DNA of 47,217 nucleotides from Thermostichus sp. DRC_bins_24 (GTDB taxonomy: Bacteria > Cyanobacteriota > Cyanobacteriia > Thermostichales > Thermostichaceae), in assembly GCA_039794845.1 (NCBI GenBank), contig JAUQVK010000053.1, positions 1-47,217 on the forward strand. The letters run 5' to 3'. The notes under the pieces were generated by a model that was given only the letters and a program-made list of their open reading frames with translations, searched no databases and was not told the origin of the DNA. The position numbers were made by a program, and so were the translations under genes. Shown here piece after piece: positions 21,008 through 31,974 of the stretch; the stretch's first letter is position 1; each line of letters starts with the position of its first letter.

Positions 21008-24000
21008 TCAAAAATTGTCCTCATCGTCCCCGTCTTCATCCTCCTCGTGGCTGCGACCGGCAAAGGCAAAAGCCACCGCAGGAGCCGGGGAGAGATCGTC
21101 GGACGTAACCGATTCATAGGTGGGTCGCGAGGGGGTATGGCGACTGGACATATCCGCCATCAGATCCGCCTCCACATCCCGAGTTTGCCCTTCGCTGTCC
21201 ACTTCCACCTTGTGTACCGACACATCCAGGCAGAGAGACTGCAACTCCCGCACCAACACCTTGAAGGATTCCGGCGTACCGGGTCGGGGGATGGGCTTGC
21301 CCTTGACAATGGCATTGAGGGCCTCGTTGCGCCCCACCATGTCGTCTGATTTGACGGTGAGCAGCTCCTGCAAAATGTAGGCAGCCCCAAAGGCTTCCAA
21401 CGCCCACACCTCCATTTCCCCAAAGCGCTGCCCACCCTGCTGAGCCTTGCCCCCTAGGGGTTGCTGGGTGACCAGAGAGTAGGGGCCGGTGGAGCGAGCA
21501 TGGATCTTGTCGTCCACCAAGTGCACCAACTTCAGCATGTAGGCGCGCCCCACCGTAACCGGCTGGTCGAAGGGCTCCCCGGTGCGGCCATCGAACACCT
21601 GCACCTTGCCGCGGTGCTTCCCTTCGGAGTTGAAGATCCAGTCTCGTCCGGTTTTCGCCTTCGCCTCCTCCAGCTTGGCCTCCACCGTTAGACGAGAAGC
21701 CTCAAGGCCGTGCATCTCGTCGAAGGGCATCAACTTGAAGCGCACCCCCAAGTGTTCCGCCGCCCAGCCCAGCAAGCACTCAAACACCTGACCCACATTC
21801 ATGCGGGAGGGCACCCCCAAGGGGTTGAGCACCACATCCACCGGTGTGCCATCCGCCAGATAGGGCATATCCTCACCCGGCAAGATGCGGGAGATGATCC
21901 CCTTGTTGCCGTGGCGGCCAGCGATCTTGTCCCCCACTTGAATCTTGCGTTTTAGGGCAATGTAAACCCGCACCACCATGTTGGCACCCGGAGGCAGCTC
22001 ATCCCCCTGCTCGCGGGTAAAGATGCGCACATCCACCACCCGACCCCGCTCACCGTTGGGTACCCGCAGCGAGTTATCCCGCACATCACGGGCTTTTTCC
22101 CCAAAGATGGCCCGCAGCAGGCGCTCTTCCGGTGGCTGATCCGATTCCCCTTTGGGGGTGACTTTACCCACCAAAATGTCGCCAGACTCCACCCAGGCCC
22201 CAACACGCACGATGCCGTTTTCATCCAGGTTGCGTAGAGCATCTTCCCCAACGTTGGGAATTTCACGGGTGATTTCTTCCGGGCCAAGCTTGGTTTGACG
22301 GGCTTCGATCTCGTGCTTTTCAATGTGCACCGAGGTGAAGACATCGTCGTAGACCAGCCGCTCGCTGATGAGGATCGCGTCCTCGTAGTTGTAGCCCTCC
22401 CAGGGCATATAAGCAACCAAGACGTTCTGGCCCAAAGCCAGCTCGCCCCCCTCGGTGGCCGGCCCATCCGCCAGCACCTGGCCTGCTACCACGCGCTCCC
22501 CCACGTGCACCAGCGGACGCTGATTGAGACAGGTGTCTTGGTTGGAGCGTTGGTACTTTTGCAGGCGGTAGAGGATCGGATCGCCATTGTTGTCGGGGCG
22601 AACCACTACCTTGTCAGCGGACACATCCACCACTGTGCCACTGGTGCGGGATACCACCACCATGCCGGAGTCCCGAGCTGCTTGGGCCTCTAAGCCGGTA
22701 CCGACGTAGGGCCGATCCGGCTTCAGAAGGGGCACCGCCTGCCGCTGCATGTTCGCCCCCATCAGGGCCCGGTTGGCATCGTCGTGCTCCAGGAAAGGAA
22801 TCAAGGACGTGGCGACCGAGATCACCTGTACCGGTGCCACCTGTACGTAATGCACTTCCGTCGGATGGGCGGTGGTGAACTCTTGACGGTAACGGACAGG
22901 CACCAAGTCCCCGGTGATGCGGCCCTCCCGATCCAGGGGCACATCCCCAGGAGCCACCCGATACTCATCTTCTTCATCGGCGGTGAGGTAGACCATACCC
23001 AGGTCTTTGCGCACCAAGCCGTTTTCGACGCGGTAATAGGGGCTCTCCACAAAGCCGTACTGGTTGACCCGGGCGTGGGTGGCCAGGGATCCGATTAAGC
23101 CGGCATTGGGGCCTTCCGGGGTTTCGATCGGACAAATGCGGCCATAGTGACTGGGGTGAATATCCCGCACCGCAAAGCCCGCCCGTTCCCGACTCAAGCC
23201 GCCAGGGCCGAGAGCCGAGAGCCGCCGCTTGTGGGTCAGCTCCGCCAGCGGATTGGTTTGATCCATAAACTGGGAAAGCTGGCTGGAGCCGAAGAACTCC
23301 TTGATGGCGGCCACCAAGGGTTTGGGGTTGACCAAAGAAGCCGGGGTAAGATTTTCCGACTCCGACACCGTCATCCGCTCGCGAATAATCCGCTCCAGGC
23401 GGTTAAGCCCCACCCGCACCTGGTTCTGCAACAGCTCACCCACAGAGCGCACACGGCGGTTGCCTAAGTGGTCGATGTCGTCCACATGGCCGATGTCGTA
23501 CTCGAGGTTGATCAGATAGTCGATGACCGCCAAGATGTCGGGGATGGTCAGCACCCGCACATTTTCAGCGACACTCAGGTTCAGCTTTTTGTTGAGCTTG
23601 TAACGACCCACACGGCCCAAGTCGTAGCGTTTCGGGTCGAAGAAACGGGTCTCCAGCAACTGTTGGCCACCCGATACGGTGGGAGGCTCACCGGGGCGCA
23701 ACTTGCGGTAGAGCTCCATCAGAGCTTCTTCTTCGCTGTAGTGCCCCTCTTTCTCCATGGTTTTCTGGAAATACTCGGGGTGGCGCAGACCATCGTAAAT
23801 TTCGGAGTCGCTGAGGCCGAGGGCTTTGAGTAGAACCGCCGCCGAGAGCTTACGGGTTTTGTCGATGCGCACCCAAACCAAACTGTTTTTGTCGGTCTCG
23901 AACTTCAGCCAGGCACCTCGATTGGGGATGAGGCTGGCACTATAGGTGCGACGACCGTTTTTGTCCAGATCAGACTTGTAGTAGACACCGGGGCTGCGTA

Positions 24001-24406
24001 CGATCTGGTTGACGATCACCCGCTCGGCACCGTTGATGATAAAGGTGCCGCGATCCGTCATCAGGGGCAGCTCGCCGATGAAGACATCCATGTCTTTGAT
24101 CTCGCCCGTCTCTTTGTTGATCAGGCGAGTGGGCACACGCAGTTGCGCCTGGTAGGTGGCATCTCGCCGCTTGGCCTCATCAGGGTCGTAACGGGGCTGG
24201 TTGATCTTGTAGCCTTTGGAGGGATCCCCGAGACGGAACTCCGGCAGAAAATGCAGTTCCAATTTCCCGGTATAGTCAACAATGGGGGAGAAGCTGAGGA
24301 GCTCCTCTTCAAACCCTTCTCTCAAAAACCATAAAAAACTCTCCCGCTGAATCTCTACCAGGTCAGGAAAGGTAGGAGCGGAAGGAAGCTGTGCCAATTG
24401 TGTCAT
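21008..24406 (-). CDS. rpoB: RNA polymerase beta subunit
   Basis: [25 protein letters not shown] and GGQRFGEME motifs. Confidence 0.99.
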   Translation of the reverse strand: MTQLAQLPSAPTFPDLVEIQRESFLWFLREGFEEELLSFSPIVDYTGKLELHFLPEFRLGDPSKGYKINQPRYDPDEAKRRDATYQAQLRVPTRLINKETGEIKDMDVFIGELPLMTDRGTFIINGAERVIVNQIVRSPGVYYKSDLDKNGRRTYSASLIPNRGAWLKFETDKNSLVWVRIDKTRKLSAAVLLKALGLSDSEIYDGLRHPEYFQKTMEKEGHYSEEEALMELYRKLRPGEPPTVSGGQQLLETRFFDPKRYDLGRVGRYKLNKKLNLSVAENVRVLTIPDILAVIDYLINLEYDIGHVDDIDHLGNRRVRSVGELLQNQVRVGLNRLERIIRERMTVSESENLTPASLVNPKPLVAAIKEFFGSSQLSQFMDQTNPLAELTHKRRLSALGPGGLSRERAGFAVRDIHPSHYGRICPIETPEGPNAGLIGSLATHARVNQYGFVESPYYRVENGLVRKDLGMVYLTADEEDEYRVAPGDVPLDREGRITGDLVPVRYRQEFTTAHPTEVHYVQVAPVQVISVATSLIPFLEHDDANRALMGANMQRQAVPLLKPDRPYVGTGLEAQAARDSGMVVVSRTSGTVVDVSADKVVVRPDNNGDPILYRLQKYQRSNQDTCLNQRPLVHVGERVVAGQVLADGPATEGGELALGQNVLVAYMPWEGYNYEDAILISERLVYDDVFTSVHIEKHEIEARQTKLGPEEITREIPNVGEDALRNLDENGIVRVGAWVESGDILVGKVTPKGESDQPPEERLLRAIFGEKARDVRDNSLRVPNGERGRVVDVRIFTREQGDELPPGANMVVRVYIALKRKIQVGDKIAGRHGNKGIISRILPGEDMPYLADGTPVDVVLNPLGVPSRMNVGQVFECLLGWAAEHLGVRFKLMPFDEMHGLEASRLTVEAKLEEAKAKTGRDWIFNSEGKHRGKVQVFDGRTGEPFDQPVTVGRAYMLKLVHLVDDKIHARSTGPYSLVTQQPLGGKAQQGGQRFGEMEVWALEAFGAAYILQELLTVKSDDMVGRNEALNAIVKGKPIPRPGTPESFKVLVRELQSLCLDVSVHKVEVDSEGQTRDVEADLMADMSSRHTPSRPTYESVTSDDLSPAPAVAFAFAGRSHEEDEDGDDEDNF

Positions 24407-24910
24407 GCGTTGCTTGGGAGGGGTCGCGCTGCAGTCAGGTCTTCAATTATAAAAACCCCTCTGACGATCGTCAATGAACGTTACAAAGACCCCGTGGCGA
24501 CCGAGACCCCCTCAACTCCGGCAGACAAGATCCTGGCAAAACTGCCCGGGAGCCCGGTTTTGGCTTGGGGAGAGGTTACTCCTCCCATCCGTCTTAAGGA
24601 TTGTTAATATCCATTCACACTCGGGGGAATTATTCTAATCATTGACCTTGTGCTTACTCCATCTGGGATTGCTGAGTTGAGATCCGGGGGGGGTAGGTGG
24701 TGTTGGCAGGCCAAGCCACGGGCTGAGTTTGCCGGCAAAGGTAGCTTTATGAACTTCGTCACCTTCTGGGTGCGCGGGCTCGGTGCTCCTCACGTTGTCA
24801 GGATGTGGGGCCACTCGAGATGAGAAGTAAATAGGTGTAGCTTTACAAAGCTTCTCAGGTTGAGGAAACCTTTTGGATGGGATAGAAACGTGGTTTGCTA
24901 GGAGGGTTTT

Positions 24911-25660
24911 GTGAGTCAGAGTTCCAATCACAGTTCCGGTAACAGTTTGTCCACACAACTGCGGGAGGGCACGAAGCAGTCCCACACGATGGCGGAGAAT
25001 GTCGGCTTCATCAAGTGTTTTCTGAAAGGAGTGGTGGATAAGCGCGCCTACAGCCGCTACGTGGGCAACTTCTATTTTGTCTACAGTGCGCTGGAAGAAG
25101 GGTTTACGCAACTGCGGGAGCACCCGGTGGTGGGCAAGCTCTACTACCCAGAGCTTTGGCGCAAGTCCAGCATTGAACAAGATTTGACCTATTTTGTTGG
25201 CCCCAACTGGCGCGCAACGGTACAGCCTTCCCCGGCCTGTCAGGTTTATGTGGATCGGATTCGGGAGATCATCAAGAGTGATCCGGTTTTGCTGGTGGCC
25301 CATGCTTATACCCGCTATATCGGCGACCTGTCGGGCGGCCAAATCCTTAAGAAAATTGCGCGGCGGGCCATGGGCTTACCAGAAGGGGAAGGGACAGCGT
25401 TTTACGATTTTGAGCAGATCCCCCACGAAGGCAAGTTCAAGCAGCGCTACCGTGCTCAAATGGATGCGCTGGGGCTGGATCAGGCCACCATCGACCGCAT
25501 TGTGGCAGAAGCCAACTACGCCTTCAAAATGAACATGGATCTGTTCAGGGAACTGGAGGGCAACTGGCTCTTGTCGATGGCTCGTCTGACCTGGAACTCT
25601 TTGCTCAGCCAGTTTCAGCGCAAGCCTACTCGTCCTGAGGCGGCAGCTCCCAGTTCCTAA
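24911..25660 (+). CDS. ho1: Heme oxygenase (biliverdin-producing, Ho1-like)
   Basis: LREGTKQSHTMAENVGF and HAYTRYIGDLSGGQIL motifs. Confidence 0.9.
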   Translation: MSQSSNHSSGNSLSTQLREGTKQSHTMAENVGFIKCFLKGVVDKRAYSRYVGNFYFVYSALEEGFTQLREHPVVGKLYYPELWRKSSIEQDLTYFVGPNWRATVQPSPACQVYVDRIREIIKSDPVLLVAHAYTRYIGDLSGGQILKKIARRAMGLPEGEGTAFYDFEQIPHEGKFKQRYRAQMDALGLDQATIDRIVAEANYAFKMNMDLFRELEGNWLLSMARLTWNSLLSQFQRKPTRPEAAAPSS

Positions 25661-25684
25661 ACCCATTTGACCATCGAACTTCCC

Positions 25685-25717
25685 AAGGGATCCCTGCTCG
25701 GGGGATCCTTACTTTTT
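25685..25717 (+). terminator. Probable intrinsic terminator whose stem is formed by two GGATCC palindromes
   Basis: GGATCCC-TGCTCGG-GGGATCC followed by TTACTTTTT, between convergent genes. Confidence 0.5.
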
Positions 25718-25734
25718 GGGTTAATCGCATTGGG

Positions 25735-26289
25735 TTAATCGCATTCAAGGGTGTCGCGGGTGGCTCGCCCCGTCACGGGGTTAACGCCTGCCGCCCGTTC
25801 GCAGAGGATGGAGAGGGCATCTTGCCGAATCAACACGTTGGTGAAGTCCGCCCCCTCGATCTGGATCCCGTCCACCCGAGCCAGCCACATCATGCTGTCT
25901 TGCAGTTGGGCTTCTCGTAGATCCGCCCCCTGAAGGTTGGCCATGTCCAAGGTAGCCCCGCGCAGATCGGCTCCGCGCAGATTGGCTTTGCTCAGGTTGG
26001 CTCCAAATAAATTCACCCCCGCCGCCCTGACATGGTGGAGATCGCTCTGGCGTAGGTTAGCCTTGAGAAACTTCGAGCCGGTCAGGTCTTGCCCCGCAAA
26101 ACTCATCCCCTGTAAGTCCCGTTTGGTGTAATCTTCCGCTTGGGCCGGGGATCCGAGCAAGATCACCCCCATGACCATCAGTACAGACAAGCCTATCAAC
26201 ACCATCTGCCGGAGGAAGTGGGTTGGCCGAGACTGTTTGATCCGATTCATCTGATTCATCCGAACCGAAGCGGGCAAGGTAACATCCAT
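25735..26289 (-). CDS. Exported/lumenal pentapeptide repeat protein (true start probably downstream of 26289)
   Basis: Signal peptide ending AQA-E, pentapeptide repeats, and C-terminal LC..A.G.NP.TG..TR.TL.C. Confidence 0.88.
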   Translation of the reverse strand: MDVTLPASVRMNQMNRIKQSRPTHFLRQMVLIGLSVLMVMGVILLGSPAQAEDYTKRDLQGMSFAGQDLTGSKFLKANLRQSDLHHVRAAGVNLFGANLSKANLRGADLRGATLDMANLQGADLREAQLQDSMMWLARVDGIQIEGADFTNVLIRQDALSILCERAAGVNPVTGRATRDTLECD

Positions 26290-26442
26290 GGCGGCGCTCT
26301 GATTCTCGACGAGGGGATTGCTTTCATCCTACCGGATGAGGCTCCCACCTGCGGATTGGGCTATCTTGGCCTTTTGCGGGCAGAGTCCGCGACTCGCTGG
26401 ACGAGGTGTGGAGCAGGGTCGGTGAGGGGGCGACAGGGATCC

Positions 26443-26982
26443 ATGTCCAAGATTGAGATCCTGAATGCGGAGCAGTTGGCAGCGTTAATCCATCGGCTGG
26501 CCACAGCGATTGGGGCAGATCACCCCCAGCTGCAGCGGCTGATGTTGATCGGTATTCGCACTCGCGGGGTGCCCTTAGCCTATCGCTTGCGGGATCAGAT
26601 CGCCGCTCAATTTGGGATCCCACCGCAGGTAGGGGAGTTGGATATCACCTTCTTTCGGGACGATCTGAACACCGGTGGATTACGCACTCCGGATCGCAGC
26701 GAAATGCCTCGGGATCTGACCGGGCAGGAGGTGGTGCTGGTGGATGATGTCATTTTTCGCGGTCGGACCATCCGCGCGGCTCTGGAAGCCCTGAACCATT
26801 TTGGACGACCGGAACGGGTGCGACTGGCGGTGTTGATCGACCGTGGCCATCGGCAGTTCCCCATTCAACCGGACTATTGCGGACAGCAGCTGCTGACAAC
26901 ACCCGAGCAAATCGTGCGGGTACATCTCAGGGAAACCGATAACGAGGAGCGCGTGCTGTTGATGGAGGAGAGCATCCGTTAG
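26443..26982 (+). CDS. pyrR: Bifunctional pyr regulator / uracil phosphoribosyltransferase PyrR
   Basis: [37 protein letters not shown] and DRGHR motifs. Confidence 0.95.
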   Translation: MSKIEILNAEQLAALIHRLATAIGADHPQLQRLMLIGIRTRGVPLAYRLRDQIAAQFGIPPQVGELDITFFRDDLNTGGLRTPDRSEMPRDLTGQEVVLVDDVIFRGRTIRAALEALNHFGRPERVRLAVLIDRGHRQFPIQPDYCGQQLLTTPEQIVRVHLRETDNEERVLLMEESIR

Positions 26983-27061
26983 CAAGCCGAAGCAAAACCC
27001 AAATCTCGAGTCGGCCGCTGGGGTGCGGTATTTTGGGGATGACCTGCCAAAACTTGCCACC

Positions 27062-28021
27062 ATGTTCTTGCTGCCGGAAACTCGTCGTTACGCTGTGTTG
27101 GGTACGGGTGCCTTGGGAGGGTTTTACGGGGCTAAATTGCAGCAGGCAGGCTTTGATGTGCATTTTCTCCTTTACAGTGACTACGAGCACGTCCGCCAAA
27201 AGGGGTTGTGGGTACAGTCTTGCTGGGGTGATTTCCATCTGCCCCAGGTGAACGCCTATGCTGCTGTGGAAGACATGCCTGCCTGCGAAGGGGTGATCGT
27301 GGCGTTGAAAGCCACCCAAAATGCCCTTTTGCCGCAGTTGATCCCACCCGTGTTGGCGGAAAATGGCGTGGTGATCCTGTTGCAAAACGGGTTGGGGGTG
27401 GAGCCCGAGATTGCTGAATATGTTGGCCCAGAGCGTGTCATGGGGGGCCTGTGTTTCATCAGCTCCAATAAGGTTGGCCCCGGCCACATTCACCATCTGG
27501 ATTATGGTTCGGTGCTGCTGGCGGAATACGGCCCTGACTATGCCGCCCAAGGGATCCTCCCCCGCCTCGAACAAGTCCAGGCGGATTTTCAACGGGCAGG
27601 GATCCCCACTTCTCTTTCTCCGGATCTGATGTTGGCCCGCTGGCAAAAGTTGGTTTGGAACATCCCCTTCAACGGCCTGTCGGTGGTGTTCAATGCCGAT
27701 ACCCAGCAGATGATCGGGGATCCCGAGGCACGTGCCCTGGCAGAAACCCTTATGCAGGAGGTGGTGCAGGGTGCTGCGGCTTATGAGCGCCCCATTCCCG
27801 ACTCGCTGATCCAGCAAATGCTCATCAATACCGAAAAGATGGCTCCCTACCGTACCAGCATGAAGATCGATTACGAACGCAAACGTCCCCTAGAACTGCA
27901 GGCTATTTTTGGCAACCCCCTGCGGTATGCGCAGCAAGCTGGGATCCGCCTCCCCCGGATTGAAATGCTCTATCGACAATTGCAGGTGCTGGATCGCTTG
28001 AATCGAGGGATCCCTGCCTAG
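27062..28021 (+). CDS. panE: 2-dehydropantoate 2-reductase (ketopantoate reductase family)
   Basis: GTGALGG, LQNGLG, WQKLVWNIPFN and TSMKID motifs. Confidence 0.88.
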   Translation: MFLLPETRRYAVLGTGALGGFYGAKLQQAGFDVHFLLYSDYEHVRQKGLWVQSCWGDFHLPQVNAYAAVEDMPACEGVIVALKATQNALLPQLIPPVLAENGVVILLQNGLGVEPEIAEYVGPERVMGGLCFISSNKVGPGHIHHLDYGSVLLAEYGPDYAAQGILPRLEQVQADFQRAGIPTSLSPDLMLARWQKLVWNIPFNGLSVVFNADTQQMIGDPEARALAETLMQEVVQGAAAYERPIPDSLIQQMLINTEKMAPYRTSMKIDYERKRPLELQAIFGNPLRYAQQAGIRLPRIEMLYRQLQVLDRLNRGIPA

Positions 28022-28118
28022 GTTGTCCATTCGCGCAGGCTGTACATACCCCCGAGAAAGAACCTTCTGGGGAGACCAAAGAAGCAACGGACTTTCACCC
28101 TTGATTGCATAGGATCCC

Positions 28119-28132
28119 GTAGCAGAAACTAC
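28119..28132 (+). promoter_or_regulatory. Consensus NtcA box
   Basis: GTAGCAGAAACTAC matches GTA-N8-TAC; an imperfect -10 (TTGAAT, 28155-28160) lies 22 nt downstream. Confidence 0.55.
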
Positions 28133-28202
28133 TGTGGCCTCAGGGGGTCTTTGGTTGAATAAGGCCAAGCTTATCCCATTCCTGGAACCGCCTCGAACCG
28201 TG

Positions 28203-29219
28203 ATGAAAATCGGACTCTTTCACCAGATGTGGGCCCATGCCGCCCTTTCCGATGCGGAGTTCTTCGCCCAAGCAATTGCCGATGTGCGTTGGGCGGATGA
28301 ATTGGGGTTCGATTCTTTTTGGATGGGGGAACACCACCTGCTGCGCAACACCCCCTTCTACGGTCGGGTGCCGATTCCAGAGTTGATGGTGGCCCGCTTG
28401 GCGGGAGAAACCAGCCAGATCAAGTTGGGCACGGGGGTGAAGATCCTGACGGTGGCCCACCCCATGCGCTTCGCCGAGTCCATGACCACCCTCGATTTGC
28501 TCACCCAGGGGCGGGTGGTGTTTGGTGTGGGCCAAGGCAGCGGTGGCGATATCCAGCAGGCGGGCTTCACGGGCATCGACAAACGGGCACAGTTCCGCTC
28601 CAACCTGATGCAGGTACTGGACTACCTCAAGACTGGCCCCGATGCAGATAAACCCTGCCTCACCCCTCCCCCTAGCCCCGGATTGGTGGATAAACTTTGG
28701 ATTGCCTCCCGGGATGCGGAAACCGTCAGCCTCATCGCTCAGCACGGGTTGAATCTGCTGGTGGGGCAAGCGGAAGCCCCGGTCAAGCAAGCGGAGTACG
28801 TGCGACACTATCGTCAGCAGGGGCGACCGGGATCCAGCGGCCAGGTGTGTGGCTGCCGACTGGTGCATGTGGCGGAAACCGACGCGGAAGCCCTACGCCA
28901 GGTGGAAGTCGGAGCAACCCTCTATTTCAACCTCTACTCCAAAGGGGTTTACTACCAAGAAGCGGTCGCCGAGGGGCGGATCCCGGCTACCCCTCCCGAG
29001 AGCCTGACGGAGATGTTGGATCGCCTGGATTATTGGGTGGGATCCCCGCAGACGGTGGCCCAAAAACTGCAAAGCTACTGCGATACGGTTGGCTTGGATC
29101 TTCTGAATGTAATGGTGCACATCCCTGGGCTGGCGGAAGCGGATGTGCGGCGCTCCATGCAGTTGGTCATTCAGGAGGTGGCTCCGCAATTGCGCCCAAC
29201 CCTGTCATCTGTGGCCTAA
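28203..29219 (+). CDS. LLM-class (luciferase-like) flavin-dependent monooxygenase
   Basis: ADELGFDSFWMGEHH, IKLGTGV, HPMRFAE..TLDLLTQGR and VGSPQTVA motifs. Confidence 0.9.
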   Translation: MKIGLFHQMWAHAALSDAEFFAQAIADVRWADELGFDSFWMGEHHLLRNTPFYGRVPIPELMVARLAGETSQIKLGTGVKILTVAHPMRFAESMTTLDLLTQGRVVFGVGQGSGGDIQQAGFTGIDKRAQFRSNLMQVLDYLKTGPDADKPCLTPPPSPGLVDKLWIASRDAETVSLIAQHGLNLLVGQAEAPVKQAEYVRHYRQQGRPGSSGQVCGCRLVHVAETDAEALRQVEVGATLYFNLYSKGVYYQEAVAEGRIPATPPESLTEMLDRLDYWVGSPQTVAQKLQSYCDTVGLDLLNVMVHIPGLAEADVRRSMQLVIQEVAPQLRPTLSSVA

Positions 29220-29246
29220 GCTGGGGAAGGTGTTTTTCCCCGTATT

Positions 29247-29930
29247 GTGACCCCGCCTCCTCAGCCCTCTGGGCAGGATGATTTTCCGCCCCTGCCCCCA
29301 CCTCCACCCCGTTCTGAGGCCTTGAAGCTGGTGGAAACGGCCTTTTTGGCCAGCACCTCCGCCCTGATCTGGATCTTGAGCTATACGCCGTTGGCCCCCG
29401 TTGTGCGCCTGTTTTTCCCGATTCCGGTGGCGCTGGCGGTGATGCGGTGGGATCCTCGGACGGGGGCGATGGCTCTGGTGGTGTCTAGCCTCTTGTTGAC
29501 GGTGCTGATGGGGCCTACTCGCAGCATTCTCTATGTCATGCCCTACGGCGTTTTGGGGTACTGGTGTGCCCGCCTGTGGCAGCGTCGCCTTTCCTGGTAT
29601 GTTTCGGTGTTGAGCGGGGCTTTGCTCAGTGCCTTTGGACTGATCTTTCAGCTGTTGCTCTCCTCGTTGCTGGTGGGGGAAAACCTCTGGACATACGTGA
29701 CCATTCAGTTGACTGGTCTGACCAACTGGCTTTTGGATGTGTCTTTGAGCTGGCTGGGGGTGTATTGGGTGGCGGAACCCTGGATGATCCAGGTGGTGGT
29801 GGTGGGGTTCATCGCCTTTAACTCGTTAATTTATGTGTTTACGGTGCATCTGGTGGCGGCTCTGGTGATGGAACATTTTCGTTGCCCGCTGCCGCCGCCG
29901 CCAAAGTGGGTGCAGTTTTTGTTGGATTAG
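29247..29930 (+). CDS. DUF2232-type membrane protein
   Basis: LVETAFLAST and LLTVLMGPTRS motifs; multiple transmembrane segments. Confidence 0.8.
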   Translation: MTPPPQPSGQDDFPPLPPPPPRSEALKLVETAFLASTSALIWILSYTPLAPVVRLFFPIPVALAVMRWDPRTGAMALVVSSLLLTVLMGPTRSILYVMPYGVLGYWCARLWQRRLSWYVSVLSGALLSAFGLIFQLLLSSLLVGENLWTYVTIQLTGLTNWLLDVSLSWLGVYWVAEPWMIQVVVVGFIAFNSLIYVFTVHLVAALVMEHFRCPLPPPPKWVQFLLD

Positions 29931-30070
29931 GCTCACCCTCCAGATCGGTCTTTTTGGCCCGTCTCATTGCCCCTGCTCAAGGTGTAGTCTAGATCAAGCT
30001 TCATCAAGTCTTTGCTGTGGCCCTCTTGGGTTACACACGGCAGTCAAGCCTAGCCCTTAGCCCTCGCTCT

Positions 30071-30631
30071 ATGAACCCCCTGCCTGCTCCTGCTCACGAA
30101 TACCAGTTCCGTGCCCTTGGCCTGATTAAGGGATCCCTGCAACCGATCCCCGATGCCTATGCGCAGGCAATGTTGGTCACCCCAGAGGGGGAAGAGTATC
30201 CGGCCACACCGGGACGAGCCAATCTCCTCAGCCGCTTCAACCACTGCATCGAGAGCGGGCATACCTACTGGTTTTATGTGCAGCCGCAGCCGCGCTCGGG
30301 AGGAACCCTGGGCTTAAGCGTGATTCGCATCCTGGCCCTGCCGGAAGAGGAGCAAGATCCAGAGCTGGAGGAAGAGCCGTTTTTGCCCGCCCCCGAAGAT
30401 GTGGAAGAGGGGTTTAACATTCGCGGCATTGTTGAGCCCCATGATGGCTTTATATCCGTAACGGTGCGGCGCAAACCCCAGGGGAAAAAACAATTTCCGC
30501 CCTTGCAATTGCGCCTAGAGGGGTTTTTGCCTGGGGCTGCTGCAGGAGAGTTTTGGGACCTATTGGCGGAGCGAGATGGCAACGCACTGCTGCTGGTGGA
30601 TGGTAGCCGACTCTTGACAGCTGTGGCCTAA
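30071..30631 (+). CDS. Conserved cyanobacterial hypothetical protein
   Basis: YQFRALGLIKG and FNIRG motifs; co-oriented within the gene run. Confidence 0.65.
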   Translation: MNPLPAPAHEYQFRALGLIKGSLQPIPDAYAQAMLVTPEGEEYPATPGRANLLSRFNHCIESGHTYWFYVQPQPRSGGTLGLSVIRILALPEEEQDPELEEEPFLPAPEDVEEGFNIRGIVEPHDGFISVTVRRKPQGKKQFPPLQLRLEGFLPGAAAGEFWDLLAERDGNALLLVDGSRLLTAVA

Positions 30632-30676
30632 CTGCCTAGAACTAACCCAACCTTAACCAAGAGAGATCCCCGACTG

Positions 30677-31864
30677 ATGATGTCTGTTTCCGGCGGCTTG
30701 TCGCAACGGGTTGCTCATCTATCCCCCTCCGCCACCTTGTCGATCTCCGCCACTGCCAAGGCCATGCAGGCGGAGGGCCTGGATGTTTGCAGTTTGAGCG
30801 CCGGTGAGCCGGATTTTGAAACCCCCGACCACATTCGGGCTGCCGCCATTCGCGCTTTGGAGGAGGGCAAAACCCGCTATGGCCCCACCGCAGGGATCCC
30901 GGCCCTCCGACAAGCGGTGGCCGACAAACTACAGCAGGACAATGGCCTCCCCTTCAGCCGCGAACAGGTGATGATCAGCAATGGGGGCAAACAAACCCTG
31001 TTTAACCTGGCGATGGTGTTGTTGGATCCGGGGGACGAGGTGATTCTGCCGGTTCCTTACTGGGTCAGTTACCCCGAAATCATTACTCTGGCGGGGGCAA
31101 AGGTCGCTTTTGTGCAAACCGAAGAGGCCAAAGGATTTAAACTCACCGCCGAGCAATTGCGCCAGGCCCTTACCCCCCGCAGCAAATTGCTCATCCTCAA
31201 CTCCCCGGCCAACCCCACCGGAGCGGTTTACTCCCCCCAGGAACTGGTAGCTTTAGCCGAGGTGATCCTCTCGGTGCCGGATCTCTACGTGGTGTGCGAT
31301 GAGATCTACGAAAAACTGGTCTACGGGGCCGCCCGCCATGTCAGCTTGGGATCCCTGTCCCCACAAATTTTTGAACGGATTGTGCTCAGTAGCGGCTTTG
31401 CCAAAGCCTATGCCATGACCGGCTGGCGGATTGGCTACTTGGCGGGGCCCAAACCGATCATCGATGCCGCCATCAACCTGCAAAGCCACAGCACCTCCAA
31501 TGTGTGCACCTTCGCCCAGTACGGAGCTTTAGAGGCCCTCACCAGTCCGCTTTCTGCGGCTTCCGTTGAAAAAATGCGCCAGGAATTCTCGCAGCGGCGG
31601 GATCTGATGTTGCAGGGGATCCGCACCCTGCCGGGGGTGACCTGCCCGCAACCGGAGGGCGCATTTTATGTATTTCCCAATATCAGCCGGACCGGGTTGG
31701 CCTCGGTGGAGTTTTGTCGTCGCCTGCTCAAGGAGTACCATGTGGCTGCTGTGCCCGGTGTTGCCTTTGGAGCCGACCACTGCATTCGGCTTTCCTACGC
31801 CACCGATCGCTCTACCCTGGAAAAGGGTCTGCAACGGTTGAGCCAGTTCGTGCGCGCTCTCTAA
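30677..31864 (+). CDS. Class I PLP-dependent aminotransferase (aspartate aminotransferase-like)
   Basis: GEPDF, NSPANPTG, DEIYE and AKAYAMTGWRIG motifs. Confidence 0.93.
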   Translation: MMSVSGGLSQRVAHLSPSATLSISATAKAMQAEGLDVCSLSAGEPDFETPDHIRAAAIRALEEGKTRYGPTAGIPALRQAVADKLQQDNGLPFSREQVMISNGGKQTLFNLAMVLLDPGDEVILPVPYWVSYPEIITLAGAKVAFVQTEEAKGFKLTAEQLRQALTPRSKLLILNSPANPTGAVYSPQELVALAEVILSVPDLYVVCDEIYEKLVYGAARHVSLGSLSPQIFERIVLSSGFAKAYAMTGWRIGYLAGPKPIIDAAINLQSHSTSNVCTFAQYGALEALTSPLSAASVEKMRQEFSQRRDLMLQGIRTLPGVTCPQPEGAFYVFPNISRTGLASVEFCRRLLKEYHVAAVPGVAFGADHCIRLSYATDRSTLEKGLQRLSQFVRAL

Positions 31865-31915
31865 CTTGGGCTGGACAATCCATCAAAATTCGACTGAATC
31901 CCTACATAGAGTGCA

Positions 31916-31946
31916 AACACTATTGCCTAACGCTAGCTATAGTGTT
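31916..31946. promoter_or_regulatory. Inverted repeat (putative operator) overlapping a -10-like TATAGT upstream of the parA-like gene
   Basis: AACACTAT-N15-ATAGTGTT. Confidence 0.4.
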
Positions 31947-31974
31947 ATGGAACTGACTATGAGGGGATCAACTC

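Noticed and set aside
24407..24910. ncRNA or small gene in the 500-bp rpoB-ho1 divergent gap
   Set aside because: No recognisable RNA family or credible ORF; best explained as two promoters. An Rfam scan or RNA-seq would be needed to exclude it.
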